Source of the DNA: Eukaryota sp. TZLM1-RC
Lineage: Eukaryota; Protista; Metamonada: BaSk clade
DNA length: 64,000 bases
Assembly: GCA_040285825.1 (NCBI GenBank)
Contig: JAUPSS010000011.1
Location: 628,159 to 692,158 of the forward strand
Direction of reading: 5' to 3'
Position 1 is the first letter of the stretch; each line of letters opens with the position of its first letter. This document shows, piece after piece, positions 1 to 11,699 of this stretch. The notes below the pieces were generated by a model. It had not been told where the DNA came from. It saw only the letters and a program-made list of their open reading frames with translations, and ran no database searches. The position numbers and the translations under genes were made by a program.

Positions 1-143
1 TCCATTGAAACAAGAGCTGCAGTAGAGAAGAACTGAGCAGCACTTGCTGGAACTGTCGTCTTGCTGTCGTTTATTGGTTGCTCACGACGGTTAACCTCCC
101 AGGGGAGTACACGCCCTCGACGTGGCAACTCTGGATTTGCCAT
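1..143 (-). CDS. 5' part of a hypothetical protein running off the window edge (MANPELPRRGRVLPWEVNRREQP...)
   Basis: Manual translation: ATG at 143, frame open to position 1. No recognisable motif. Confidence 0.45.
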   Translation of the reverse strand, partial: MANPELPRRGRVLPWEVNRREQPINDSKTTVPASAAQFFSTAALVSM

Positions 144-1095
144 TGGGGTGAATATGTCAGTCGAGAAAAGATCAGACAGTCAATAAAAATTTGATTTATT
201 CACAACTTCTTACATCTATACAAATACAAAGCCTGAGCAAAATGATAATTAAACACTATAATACGTGATATTTAAGCTGCCGCAACTATTTTCTTTCGTG
301 AAAAGGTTACAGTTGAAGGAGTTTTTTAGGTGATAACATTAGCATATCCAATCAAGAAAACGTGTTGTTTCATTGTGTTCGTATAAAGTATATTTTCGTA
401 ATGGGATCAACTTGACACTTCTTTAATCTTGAAATAGAAACCACTCAACCTAACAATGACTCTTGACAGGACAACATTCACAACCTCCTTCGTGACCCTG
501 GTACCTCTACCATCCTGTCTTGTCCTGTGTCCTTAACTTCCTTCAACGTCAGCGGAAACAACATTTCTGACTCCCTTACACCTACAATTGTCTCGTTCCT
601 AACTATTAATAGTACGCTAACCACATTCGCTCTTGGCCTTTCTCCTAGGAACCGACCTAAATAGACAAAAGCCTGATTTTTCAAGTTACTTCAAAACTAT
701 ACATTGTTCTTCAACTTTCGCTTTCGCTACTGGTGACAATGTATTGAGGTCAGGTTGTTGCATCGGACTCATAGCTATACCAGCACTTTCAGTACCCTTT
801 CCAGCAGCCTTTAGACTGTCATCAGTAATTTCAATAACAATGGTTTGAGACTGTTGTTTCTTAAACACCTCTGATCTCTCTCTTCCATCCAGAATGTGTT
901 CAGCCAACATCAGAATATCTAGAGCAGAATTGGTAGAAGATGTTCCTCCTGTCTTCACTTTTATTACCATCAGTTATCAATATACACCCTTGCACCTCTG
1001 GTATCGTTTTTTCAACGAATCAACTCAATGGTTATGAAAATCTGTGAACCCTGACTCTTTTGCGTCAAATTGAAAAATTTTTGAGGTTGTTCGAA

Positions 1096-1850
1096 TATTG
1101 TACCATCTTTACGTATTAAATCCAAACCCCCGTCGAACCCTCTACTGAGAAACAAAAGAAGATTTATCAAAAGCTCAATGAACGAAAATGACTGTTTGAA
1201 TTTGTTTTCTTGCTTGGCTTCTGAATCCAGCTATTCTATGATTTCAAGGAACTTTTACCTAAGAGCAGGTTGCGAAGAAGTAAAGACTCCTAGAGAGGGA
1301 GAAGGTGGATCTAGTGATGAATTGTCAAGCGATTTCAGTAACCTAAAACTTGATTACGATCATTTTTCTCTTTTTGATTTCGAGCTTTATTCAAACTTTA
1401 GCATTCCCAAACTATTATTTGATTTAGTGTTAGACCTCAAACAATCACTCTATGATAATCAATCAAATTTTGATTGGTTCGATCTTTCTGTCATCAATTC
1501 GCTCACTGATATAGCAATTTCGCTTGTTTTGTTTTTTTTATTGAAAAAATTAGACTATTCGTACTTGATGGATTTTGTTGATGCCCTTTCTTTTTTTACT
1601 CGGTTTGGGTCATTACGAGTAGCATTAACGGAAAGAATTGTTTTTAGTTTTCATCTATTCAATGAAAAAATTCAAATGTTTAGTTGTTTGGTGCTTTTAT
1701 TGTTTTTTGAGTCGCCGTTTTCCACCATTATTAAAATTTTAACTTTGGGTAAAAATTTCAAGAGGTCTGCTTTGATTGATCTATTTATACTAATCTTATT
1801 CAGAAATGAAAATTTAAAAAATTCGGACTATTTGAATCTTGTTGGTGATT
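1096..1850 (+). pseudogene. 755-bp duplicated internal fragment of the kinase gene at 35653-39063 (copy of 35997-36751); gives ORF 1178-1870
   Basis: Near-identical sequence at constant offset 34901 with only about 8 substitutions. Breakpoints are sharp and the kinase domain is absent. Confidence 0.95.
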
Positions 1851-1885
1851 CAATGAGTACACAATACTGAATGAGTACATTGATT

Positions 1886-2891
1886 TTAAGACTCTAGGTA
1901 AATACACCACATTATACACCACAAAGATGAACACACACCACACTCTTGGGTCTTAGTGACATAAACTTTGAAGACTCCCTTTGAAGTTGATGAGTATATT
2001 TGTTTCTTGACAGTGTGAATACAAGGGATTTCCAGTGTTGTACGTTCAACACAACAACACTGTTCTCCCCTGTTGTTCACTGGTTGTACCATCATTTGAT
2101 TTAATTTTTTAATAATAAAATGGCTGACCCTTTTTTATTTTGATAAATAAGGGATTAGACAAAAGCTGACATTTGACTGCACTGGTTTCGATACAGATAG
2201 TTTTTCTGATTTCATCAGATTGGTGCAGTAAAACATCTTTGAATTGAATTAAAGCTATCAAAAAGTTGGAACCTCGCAGTGCCAGGTCCCTTTTCAATTG
2301 AAAATGACTTCCTTCAACTCTAGAAATAGTATAATTGCCCAAATGAGTGACCTCATCCATCTTAGACTTGATGAAATGTTGATAATAAAGCAACCAACCA
2401 GTAACCATTAACTTTGACAACTCTGATTTTCAATTGACACTGTGTTTTCACTGTTGTGCGAGTTCTTTGACGAGAACCTTCGGGTAAAGGTTTGTAAGAT
2501 CCAGAAGGTGAACATACAACATAAACAAAACCGTATTGTATATCATTTTTGTATCATTTCATAAATTTCTTTCTTATTAACTCTATTTACACGCACTTCA
2601 AATACCGTTTTTGATAGACCTCTCTGCCATTTGAAGAATGGAAGGCAGTTTGTGAGGTTGTTGAAGTACTCTCAATGACCTTTGCTGGGTTTCGATGCAA
2701 ATTATGTGATTTATCCAGAAAGGAACTGGTCCGATTCTAAAGTGGTATATACTAAAAAAAAGATTCAGATTGAGAAGTGAGTGAGCCAAGGACAATGTTG
2801 TTGTCAAGCAGCATGTGAGAAAGTGTAAAACTCCATCAAGGAAGTATTTTGAATGGATAAGACCCAATATCGTGGAAGTCGAAGGAGACAA
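1886..2891 (-). pseudogene. Degraded Mutator-like (MULE) transposase remnant
   Basis: Fragments occur in MULE order on the minus strand: FAR1-like 'GPVPFWI...LRVLQQPHKLP' (2598-2891), 'KMIYN', 'WLLY..HLGNYTISRVEGSHFQLKRDL' (2109-2420, region of the catalytic E), and SWIM-like 'CCCVERTTLEIPCIH' (1886-2095). Stops and deletions throughout. Confidence 0.65.
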
Positions 2892-3655
2892 CTTGGAAGT
2901 TTTTAGAGGAGGAACTTGGCAGCAACGAAAAGAACGAGGAGGAAATTATAGTTCTGTGAAATTCTTATGAATCATGTCTGTTGGTTGACCGCCTTGCCAT
3001 CGTGATTGCTTTTCAGCTCAGTTATTAACCTTTCCTTTTCAATCAAATCATTTTCAAGTTCGGAAAGCTGCAGACTCTGAGATTGAGTAGTTTCATTTAA
3101 TTTAGATACTTCACACTCAAGTTGCTGGTTTAGTGATTGAACACTGCTCATTTCTTGGTTAAGTTGTGATATGTGCGCATCATGAGAGTGTAGAGACGAC
3201 AGAGCAAGGGAAAGAGAGGACTGTAGTTGAGATTCAATTGAAACCTACGCATTTGAAACCTTCTGGAGTGTGTCTGGAGCGAAAAATACATCACTTACTT
3301 GTGGAAGAGGAAGATTATGTGATTTGCAGTAGTTTTGATAAGTAGTGATTGTGTGTTTAAGCTGAATCACCTTGGTTTGTAAAGAATTGAGTTTAGACAT
3401 CGGCTAATAACACAAAACGTCAAACAGTGGTAACCTGTTGAGATTGATGGAGGACGTGGATAAAATGAACTGAGATGCTGAACTACTCAGTTGGAGAATT
3501 CTTACAAAGTAAATGGAAAGTGTGGGAAAGTGTGGGAATAGTGAAAACCTCCCAAAACCAAGTTGAGGGTTAAAAACCTCCCAGAATAGGCAACCAGAAG
3601 TCGAAAATGGGTGACAAGTGTAAAATTTGATAGATGAGCTCTTTATTCTCACTAC

Positions 3656-5611
3656 ATGTCAGACACCCCCTCTGTATCACGTGTATTCACTCGGTCTTGT
3701 GCACTTAACTCGCTGCTGACCCCTGCAGCGGTGCAACAAATTCGGACTGACCTTCCAGTGGTCACCGAGATTTGTCATGAAGCTTCTTTATTACTTCAAT
3801 CTTTTCTTCTAAATTTTCCGTTGGCATCAAGAGCTTTAGTGGAACAGGATGTATGGTATCTGTTTATGACCGTCATCACCACTGGTTCTTTTCCAAAGCC
3901 TTCCACATCTAAAGGCCAACGCCAATTACTCCATATCTTTTACAATGGATTTCTTCCTGAATGCCCACAAGACAGGTCTCTTGTTTCTGTGTGGGAAAAT
4001 TCTTTAGTGCCTTACAGAAATTCATTCAATCTTTTCCTCAATGATTGGCTGCAGTCCCAGAACTGTAATTTTATCAATAGAAAAGGGCTTTCTTCTTATC
4101 TTGCCTGTCGTGCTCGTCAATTGGCCTCCAACGTTAAGACATGTTTACCCAAAATTTGTCAATCCTGGACAAAAAACTTTATTCGTGCTCATTGTAGAGC
4201 CCTGAATAAAACAAATGTCTTTGCAAATAATATTCTTTCACTTTTGCCAGATGAACTACTAGCCCAACCCGAGGAAGTAGTAGTTGATTCTGTTCTTGAA
4301 TACCTCATCAATTTCAATTTGAATAATTCAAGAGAAAGATTTTTTTTATTGAATGCATGTAGGTTTATCTTGAATCTCTTTCAAAGATTTCCTACCACTG
4401 CCTCCCTACTGTCCTCACATGATAAAATCACTTTTCATCAAAGGAAATTAGTGAGCTTTTTCTCTTCAATCTTAAAATTTCACAATACTTACTCACTTTC
4501 TTTTCTCATATGCATTGCTGGAAGAAATTTAGAATAATACCTTTAGCTTCCCATAAAGGTTCTAAATTTATTGAGGTACCTTCACAAATTTTCCACTCTG
4601 TGAAAAAATTTCCAATTATTGAAGGATCATCTTCCAAAACAAAGTTCATCAAAAATACATGTCTGAAACGAATATTCAAACAATGTCCTTACCAAAAATT
4701 CAATATCAACAGAAAAAGTTTGAAAAATAGATTTAACAAAATTTTATTGAAAACTAATGGTAATGAACTGCTTTTGACCTTTGAAGGTAAAAATAATGAC
4801 TCAGAAAACACAGATGAGCTGGATGAACCACCGAAAAAGAAAAGAAGATCAAGAAATGAAATGAAAAGTGACCCTAATGCCAACAAAACCAGAGAAACAC
4901 AGTTGAAGGGTACTAAAAAAATGCCCCGTCGAAGACGTAGACATCCAGTCGAAATTTTACCTGAAAGGCCCCTTATCGGCGTTGATCTTGGCCAATCAAG
5001 ATTATGTGGTTACTTCTTAAATGACAATCAATGTGGAGTTATCCCTTGTCCAACTGGCAGGAGGTACAGGACAAAACCTTCACCCAGTAAACACTCTCCC
5101 AACCAATATTCCGTTCAAAATTTCAACCAATATTTGAACCATTGGAATTTGGTCAGGAGGAAAGTGTATTTGGAAAGTAATCGCCAGAAATGGAAAATAA
5201 TTAAATTTGATAACCGCAGACGAAAAGAGAGACGGTTCAGAGAGACTCTCAACAAATTTCAAAGGCTGGCTGGACATCCTGAAAAACTCTATCTTGCTGT
5301 GGGTTCTGCTAATTTCCCTTCTCATTGCCGAAAAGTCAATCGATATGGATCAGCAAGGGCTTTCAGAAAATGGTTGTGTTATCAAAAGGACGTGAAGCAC
5401 TTGTCAACCAGTGAATTTAATACAAGCAAAATGTCAAGTTGTTGCATGGCCGAGAATATTCAAGCAGGCTCATGGCAGATGCGTATTTGTACTGAGTGTC
5501 AAATAGTATATGACAGAGATATTTCCGCTGCAAAAAAATATTCAAATTAAGAAGAAAGCGGAATTGTGGCCGGAAAGATACATTTGCCCAGATGCTCTGC
5601 TGAGGAGATGA
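3656..5611 (+). CDS. Fanzor1-type RNA-guided nuclease (TnpB family), split by two frameshifts
   Basis: N-terminus 'SCALNSLL...VTEICHEASLLL', 'FRIIPL', RuvC-I 'LIGVDLG', RuvC-II 'LAVGSANF' with the shifted Glu in 'SEFNTSKMSSCC', Zn finger/RuvC-III 'CTECQIVYDRDISAA'. One frameshift lies between ~4425 and 4537. Removing one A from the A7 run at 5532-5538 gives a typical end, 'AAKNIQ...WPERYICPDALLRR*', stopping at 5611. Confidence 0.85.
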
Positions 5612-5652
5612 ATAGGGAACGTGAGCATACAGAAACAAAAACTTTTGAGACC

Positions 5653-5686
5653 GATCTACAAATACCTTAGTAGCATTTGGTAGATC
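5653..5686 (+). ncRNA. Stem-loop downstream of the Fanzor; candidate omegaRNA or element-end hairpin
   Basis: GATCTAC-AAAT...ATTT-G-GTAGATC inverted repeat about 40 nt after the reconstructed stop codon. Confidence 0.4.
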
Positions 5687-6161
5687 CACTTAGATACATC
5701 AAGTCGCGAGGCTTTGTTCTGTGAATGCAGTAGGTGTATTTAAGTGAGGTAGCCCATTGATGAAGATCATGATTGTCTTTGTCAAATGATGCTACATGTC
5801 TCTTACAGCCTGTGAGTAGACATTGAGAAAGTTGAAAACAGGAGTGAATTTCACAGGGGAATGCATGATAAGTGAAATTCACAGTATGAATCATGATTAT
5901 CCACAGGTGGTGCTCACTAGCGCATGTTATTTGTTCAGTTTTTTGTAGTTATTAGTGAGTTGTTACAATAATAAAGTCCTACATTATCTACAAGTGTTGA
6001 TTAGTAATGGCTTGACCAATAGAAAAAGGCGTTGTATACGTTTACTGAGAAGTTTGAACTTTATGATTTATATTTCTAATGTAAAGTGAAAGTACTTGAC
6101 AACTTTAGTGAAGCCTGTTCTTTCAATTTAGTTTTGATTCATTGCTCTTTCAAAATACTAT

Positions 6162-7133
6162 ATGGATGTCAGTCAAACATCTTTTGATGCAGCCAGTGCC
6201 AAATTGTCAGCTTCCACTGTAGGCTACTTTCCAGATCCTTATCTACCACATCTTGTTCCCACAGATAAACGTAGACGCTACGATCCGGTTATGCATCGTG
6301 GTTATTATTTACGTGTACACTTGGTTCGTTATTGTATTGATCAGTTTATTCAAAGATATCCTCAACACAAAATACAAATCGTTAATGTTGGATGTGGAGT
6401 AGATTCTCTGTTTCTTCATTATCTATTAGACCCATCATTCTCAAACTTAACTTGGCTAGAATTAGACTTGCCTTCAATTGTCAAGGAGAAATGCACATCC
6501 ATAATTAAGCACTGGAAGAATGAACTACAATTGGTTAAATCACGGAGTGTTTATGGAAGAGAGCTTCATGGACCTCGTTATCATTTAATCTCTGGAGATA
6601 TTACTGCTAGTGAAAGCTTGACACACTGCCTGTCTTTTATAGATCATCAGCAACCAACGTTGTTTCTTTTCGAATGCGTAGTCACATACCTTGATCCAGA
6701 TAATATGAATGATAGTTTATCCAAGATTAGTGAACAATTCCAGAAATGCTATTGTTTTCTCTATGACCCATTCAGATCACATACTACCTTTGGGACTATC
6801 ATGTTAAGAAATATTTCTGCAAGAGTGTCTTCATCATGTCCTTCATTGCAAAGATACAAGACACTGGTTGATTTCAAACAACGAATGTGCAATGTAGGTT
6901 TCAAGTGGGTAGTAGCAGGAGATCTCTTAACTATGGAGAAATCAGTTGTAGATGAGAAAGAGATTGCTCGACTTTTGAAGCTTGAACCGTTCGCTGAAGT
7001 CGAAGAGTATCAAATGTTACTTTCTCACTATTGTGTAATAGTGGCAGGTAACGACTTGGACAATGGGCTCATAACATTTGGATTGGAACAAGTGTCCCTA
7101 ATGGATGATAAGCCTGGATACAGCATTTGTTGA
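6162..7133 (+). CDS. LCMT1: Leucine carboxyl methyltransferase (PP2A methyltransferase, LCMT1/PPM1)
   Basis: 'AKLSA..VGYFPDPY', 'PVMHRGYYLRV', 'QIVNVGCGVD', 'PTLFLFECVVTYL', 'LEPFAEVEE...HYC'; 323 aa. Confidence 0.9.
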   Translation: MDVSQTSFDAASAKLSASTVGYFPDPYLPHLVPTDKRRRYDPVMHRGYYLRVHLVRYCIDQFIQRYPQHKIQIVNVGCGVDSLFLHYLLDPSFSNLTWLELDLPSIVKEKCTSIIKHWKNELQLVKSRSVYGRELHGPRYHLISGDITASESLTHCLSFIDHQQPTLFLFECVVTYLDPDNMNDSLSKISEQFQKCYCFLYDPFRSHTTFGTIMLRNISARVSSSCPSLQRYKTLVDFKQRMCNVGFKWVVAGDLLTMEKSVVDEKEIARLLKLEPFAEVEEYQMLLSHYCVIVAGNDLDNGLITFGLEQVSLMDDKPGYSIC

Positions 7134-7169
7134 TTTATAATAAACAATAAAAAACAGTATGGTCTATTA

Positions 7170-7778
7170 TTATACAATATTTCTAAGTGCAACAGCAGAT
7201 TTGACTGCTTCAACCTTATGTCTCTGAGACCTATAAACCAAAAAACAAGAAATCAAAGAAAGAAGAGAGATCACAAACCACATACAAGACTCTGAAATAG
7301 TAGTAAACCTCCAAAAGAAAGACATGTCAGACATTTTGGCCGTCTCCCAATTGGAAATACCCTGGAAGTTTCTATGGTCGGAGATAGCTGCAATGTAGTA
7401 GAACACATTCATGGAGAGTTGAAGGAGTATGTATTTGAAGCCCCTGGAAGGACAACCAAAGCCAAGAGCTCTAAAACCAGAAAAGAACACATACAGAGCG
7501 AGAGATGAGATCATAACAAACACTGAGATAAGTAAGCGAATTGACATACTAAAGAAAGAGTTGACTGCACCTGTCCACGAAATATCACTGCCAAAAAGAA
7601 GAACAAAATTGCTAAAGAAATTAAAGATAAGGGCGATAAGGGTTGCAATGAAAGTCCAGTGCGAAAAGCGGGCTGCAATTCGTCGGCCCTCGTCTAATTC
7701 ATCTATATTAACATGTACTATACGGAGACCAGGAGGATAGTTGAAATCATGCCAGTTGATTTGCTTTCGAGGGTTCAT
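7170..7778 (-). CDS. SCAMP-like four-TM membrane protein
   Basis: 'FNYPPGLRIVHVNIDEL' resembles the SCAMP NWPP..HHDI motif and is followed by about 4 hydrophobic helices. Confidence 0.6.
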   Translation of the reverse strand: MNPRKQINWHDFNYPPGLRIVHVNIDELDEGRRIAARFSHWTFIATLIALIFNFFSNFVLLFGSDISWTGAVNSFFSMSIRLLISVFVMISSLALYVFFSGFRALGFGCPSRGFKYILLQLSMNVFYYIAAISDHRNFQGISNWETAKMSDMSFFWRFTTISESCMWFVISLLSLISCFLVYRSQRHKVEAVKSAVALRNIV

Positions 7779-7847
7779 TTATTAGATACTGTCTATAATA
7801 ATGAGGTGTTCTTAGAGGGATTGAGTTGTTCAGAAGCGGAAGATTTT
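7779..7847 (-). promoter_or_regulatory. Conserved upstream module, copy A (homologous to 31062-31149)
   Basis: Manual alignment of AAAATCTTCCRCTTCT..AACTCA.TCCCTC..AAGAACAC..TTATAGAC..TATCT..AATA(A)ATG, ending at the ATG. Confidence 0.55.
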
Positions 7848-7856
7848 CGCATTAAT

Positions 7857-8114
7857 TCATTCATTTAAACCTCCAACAACCTTGGCTCTCTGTAGGTATA
7901 CTGGTCTATCTCCGCCATTTACGTGAGCCTCCATCACTACAAACATATTCAGCGAAGCATTTCGATCTCTATTCCACATATTTTCGCATGATTTACACAT
8001 AATAAGCCCGTGACGAATAGACATCTTATGCCTCTTCCATGGCCTTGTAGTGCTTTTAATGGCACGGAAGAAAACATCTGTGGTCCTTGTACGGATTACC
8101 ACTAAGGACGCCAA
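7857..8114 (-). pseudogene. C-terminal remnant of a Fanzor1 nuclease
   Basis: 'RPWKR..RHGLIMCKSCENMWNRDRNASLNM...GGDRPVYLQR': Zn finger, RuvC-III NRD and terminal RP.YL.R motif. Confidence 0.85.
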
Positions 8115-9370
8115 AGTCCTTGAGGTCCTTCAAAATTCAATTTTATTAACAAAGATGAGACTAGATTCAGTGTATTGAATACATATATAATCTGAAATTT
8201 TTTAGAGAGTCTTATAACCACTTCTTCTGTCTCGTTACATCTAAATGCAAAATAATTGTGTATATCATTTAGGCCTTCTGAATCATTGAGCCAAAGAATA
8301 CCAACATCATTCATTACATTCAATACCATATTGGCGTCAATTATGGTTGAAATATTTACGACTCTGAATACAGTATTTTTTTTAAAAAATGAGCCAATCA
8401 AAAGTTTAGTGAATTCATCAGAATAATCAAGAAAATCCACCAAAAGATGTGTTACCAATAAAAAACCTATAACTTTCAGGTTTGCAAACTCTATTTTTGA
8501 ACCTATAATATTCGGACATTTTCAACAACAACAGTAGAATTTCCGTCAAGATTGAAATCTCCGTAATTGGCCAATTGGCATTCTGGGAAAGTCATACAGT
8601 TAAACAGAGTGGAAAAATATACCCAAAGTAGAATGAGCAATTGTTTAAACAGATTCTCTAAAGCACAATAGAACCGACAACCCGTGATTATTGAAAGTGG
8701 ATTAATATTATAATAATATATCAGAACTGATAGATTCACTTACAATTACTTACTATGAAATAAACCATTACTAGAATAGAAGCAAGATCTATAAATTGAG
8801 AATCAAGAAAATAAATTCCAAGGAAATCAAGTTGCCACATATTTTGAGGGTTTTCACAATTTCGAAATTAAAGTTTTCCTGAAATAATTTTGAAAAATGT
8901 ATGTTGGGAATCAAAAGTTTCAATAACAAATTTCCAAGTAATCAACAACTGAATACTTACTAATTAAAGTATTTATTCTTATGGACCAATGAATAGTCAA
9001 TTCAAAACATCCAAACCAAGAGCAGTATTATCATCATGTATTTCAAAAATATCTGTTGCTAAATCAGATAGATTGTGTCAAATCATCAGTGATAAACAGT
9101 ATTGAAGGCCTTGTAAAATGATTCATTTGCTCATGAATGGCAGAATGGTAAGGTCATGAAACCATCAGCGTTGCCTCATAATGCTCTGAATCCATGTCCA
9201 CAGCAGTTGAATAATAGAATCAATAATTAAAACAATGTCACATAATCAAACCGATCAACATCAAATACTGGTGGGTATAGATGCAATTTTGAGAAACAAC
9301 GTATAGTTTTGAAATAACTTAAACTTTCAAACCGGATTTCTTATCAGAACAATACTTATTATTCTCATTG
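8102..9370 (-). pseudogene. Degraded leucine-rich gene relic of unknown family
   Basis: Chain of short co-oriented ORF fragments (8102-8458, 8503-8739 and others) with many stops. Confidence 0.3.
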
Positions 9371-9431
9371 CCATATGGGAAATTCCCAAAAATATACGAT
9401 CAATTTTCGTGTGGAATAATTACAAAAACTA

Positions 9432-11690
9432 TCAACTACACAGATACTGAGGCCTTTCATTACCACTCATTCTGGCTTCAGCAATTGCAAACATATTCAG
9501 ACAAGCCAGCCTATTTCTATTGAAAAGCTTTGTTCAGCCCTTGTTACCGAGTTTACAACTCTCACTGTTACAAGCTAATAAACCATGACATGTAGTAACA
9601 GGAGTCTTTTCTCTTCTATAGAATCTGGGATTTGTTACTCTCAAAAACGTAGTAACCTTTTCAAAACAAACAGGACATTTTGCTGAAGTAAAAGCTTCAT
9701 TAATCATCAATACTTCAAATCCATTCCTTTTCAGAAATTGAATCCATCCAATTCCACGAGTAGGCCTTTGATGTTTTAAATTCTTGGAACCTTTTTTACT
9801 ATAATCACCCATTAGAATTAAAGTGTCTTTTGGATTGCATAACTGCTGGACAAGGTTTTTTAACAACCAACTTTCAGTCTTTTGCTTGTGAATGAAAGCT
9901 TGCATTTTATGAGTGCTCCACAAGCCAAAACTGTAAAAGTCAATTGTCAAAAAACTTGCCGAAGTTTGGCAACCACAAAGTTGGAAAAATCTATAAAAGT
10001 TGCTGAATTGGCAGCAAACGTGAATAATTCGGTGTTGGCATCTTCAATTGTCATTTCGTTAGACTCTATCATTTGGTTCCTATCGGAACCTACCTCAGTA
10101 TACTTTGTCGACCATCGTTTCTGTTTTTCATTCATCCTACTTTTCAAAGACCAGGACATCTGAGTCATTCTCAACCATTTGTACTTCTTGTCTTGATTCA
10201 TCACCCGACTATTTCTTTGCTGTTCAGTTTCATGTTCAGGCACCATGGCTAGTTCTTCATCAGTCTTTTTGCTGCCAAAATACAATAAGTCACGTTTTCC
10301 AGGATCACAAACAACAATTCGTTTGTCTTGAAAAGCATCAACATCAACATCATGAATATATAAATCAGAAATACTAGCCTTGTTGTCTGGCTTACATTTC
10401 TGACCTTGTAAATCCCGACGAACAAATTCTACTGCAATATTAAATCCATCTGTGTGTATAATGTTGTTGAATTTATAGCTCTTCTGTTTGAACATTGGTT
10501 GATTTAAATCGAGAATATTAGACCAAAAGTCAAATTGCTCAGGTGGTTTCAATTTCGTAATTTGGGCTAATGTATTGGACATTTTCAGCGTCTGTGTAGA
10601 TGATAAATCATCAATACATGTTTGTCTAATAATTCTCCATATTGTTCTTGTATCAATGGGAAAATATCCAGGGCCTACAGTGGTTGAAACAGGAGAAATA
10701 TGATACGGTTTCTTCTCTTTCTACTGGAGATATATTGGGCAATTGTAATTGCTGGTTTTAGGAATATTTGCGGATCTTTATCAACAGCGTCTGCAAGAAA
10801 ATGATTATCCACTGGAAATATATTATCAACTAAATTCTCGTCAATGACCAAATTCTCAATTTGGCAAGTAAAAGGCTCAATAAGACCTTCAAATATGTCT
10901 CTAAGTTCATTATTTGTTATATCATGTTGTTCACATAAATCGAAAAGTTCATCATTCAGAAGGACTCTGAAATATTTTCAGGATGATGAAACAAAGAACT
11001 CAAGGAATCTCTATCATCAACTAAAAACAAGTTTTTGAATTGACGAAGCCTAAATCTATATAGTGAAATAATTGTAGATAATCGCGTTGAGTATCCACCC
11101 AGCTTGTGCATTTCTGCTAACACACTTTCCACATCTACTTTGTCAAAGTAAACATTAATAAATCGATTGATTTGTTTTTCATAATTTAGTTTCAAATTAT
11201 TCTCAAAATTGGCAAACATTACCGGGGCCATATACTGAGGTGGTCTACTGAAGCCATCAGTTGGAAATCGTGGAAAAAACTCAGGCCTTTATCTCAAATG
11301 GCCTACATAACTTATGGTTTTGTTCAACTTTTGTTGTTCAAAGGTGGTCGATAATCTATAATCTTCTTCACCATAATCAAAGTTTTCAAAATCCTCTGGA
11401 AGTACACTTTTTGGTTTCATCATTTCTTGCCCATAATACTCAGCTGAAATATAACAAATTCTGGCCATTAATGATTCATATAATTGGGCAGATATTCGTG
11501 GTAATGACAAATTACGTTCAAAACAAGACTGTAAATACAGCTTTAAGCAACATGTGATGTGAATACGTAACTGTTGAAATTTTAAAGCAGTTTCTCTCAA
11601 TTTGAGTACCACATTTGAATGTTTGACCATTGAGTTGACGGTTGCTCGAATGGTTTTATAAGATGATAAAATAAATTTGTCTTTCTGAAA
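9432..11690 (-). pseudogene. Fanzor1 nuclease body of the exonuclease-Fanzor fusion gene (frameshifts and stops)
   Basis: N-terminus 'YKTIRATVNSMVK..LRETALK..HITCCLKLYL', 'ANFENNLKLNY', 'IHTDGFNIAV', RuvC-I 'IVVCDPGKRDLLY', 'LMGDYSK..PTRGIG', 'INEAFTSAKCPVC', 'CHGLLAC', then past an in-frame TGA 'FNRNRLACLNM..GNERPQYLCS*' ending at 9432. Confidence 0.9.
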
Positions 11691-11699
11691 CAGCCCAAA

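Noticed and set aside
330-970. A fifth Fanzor relic ('RMVEVPGSRRRL', 'LIGYAN')
   Set aside because: The catalytic Asp is absent, spacing is wrong and there is no Zn finger; resemblance is too weak.
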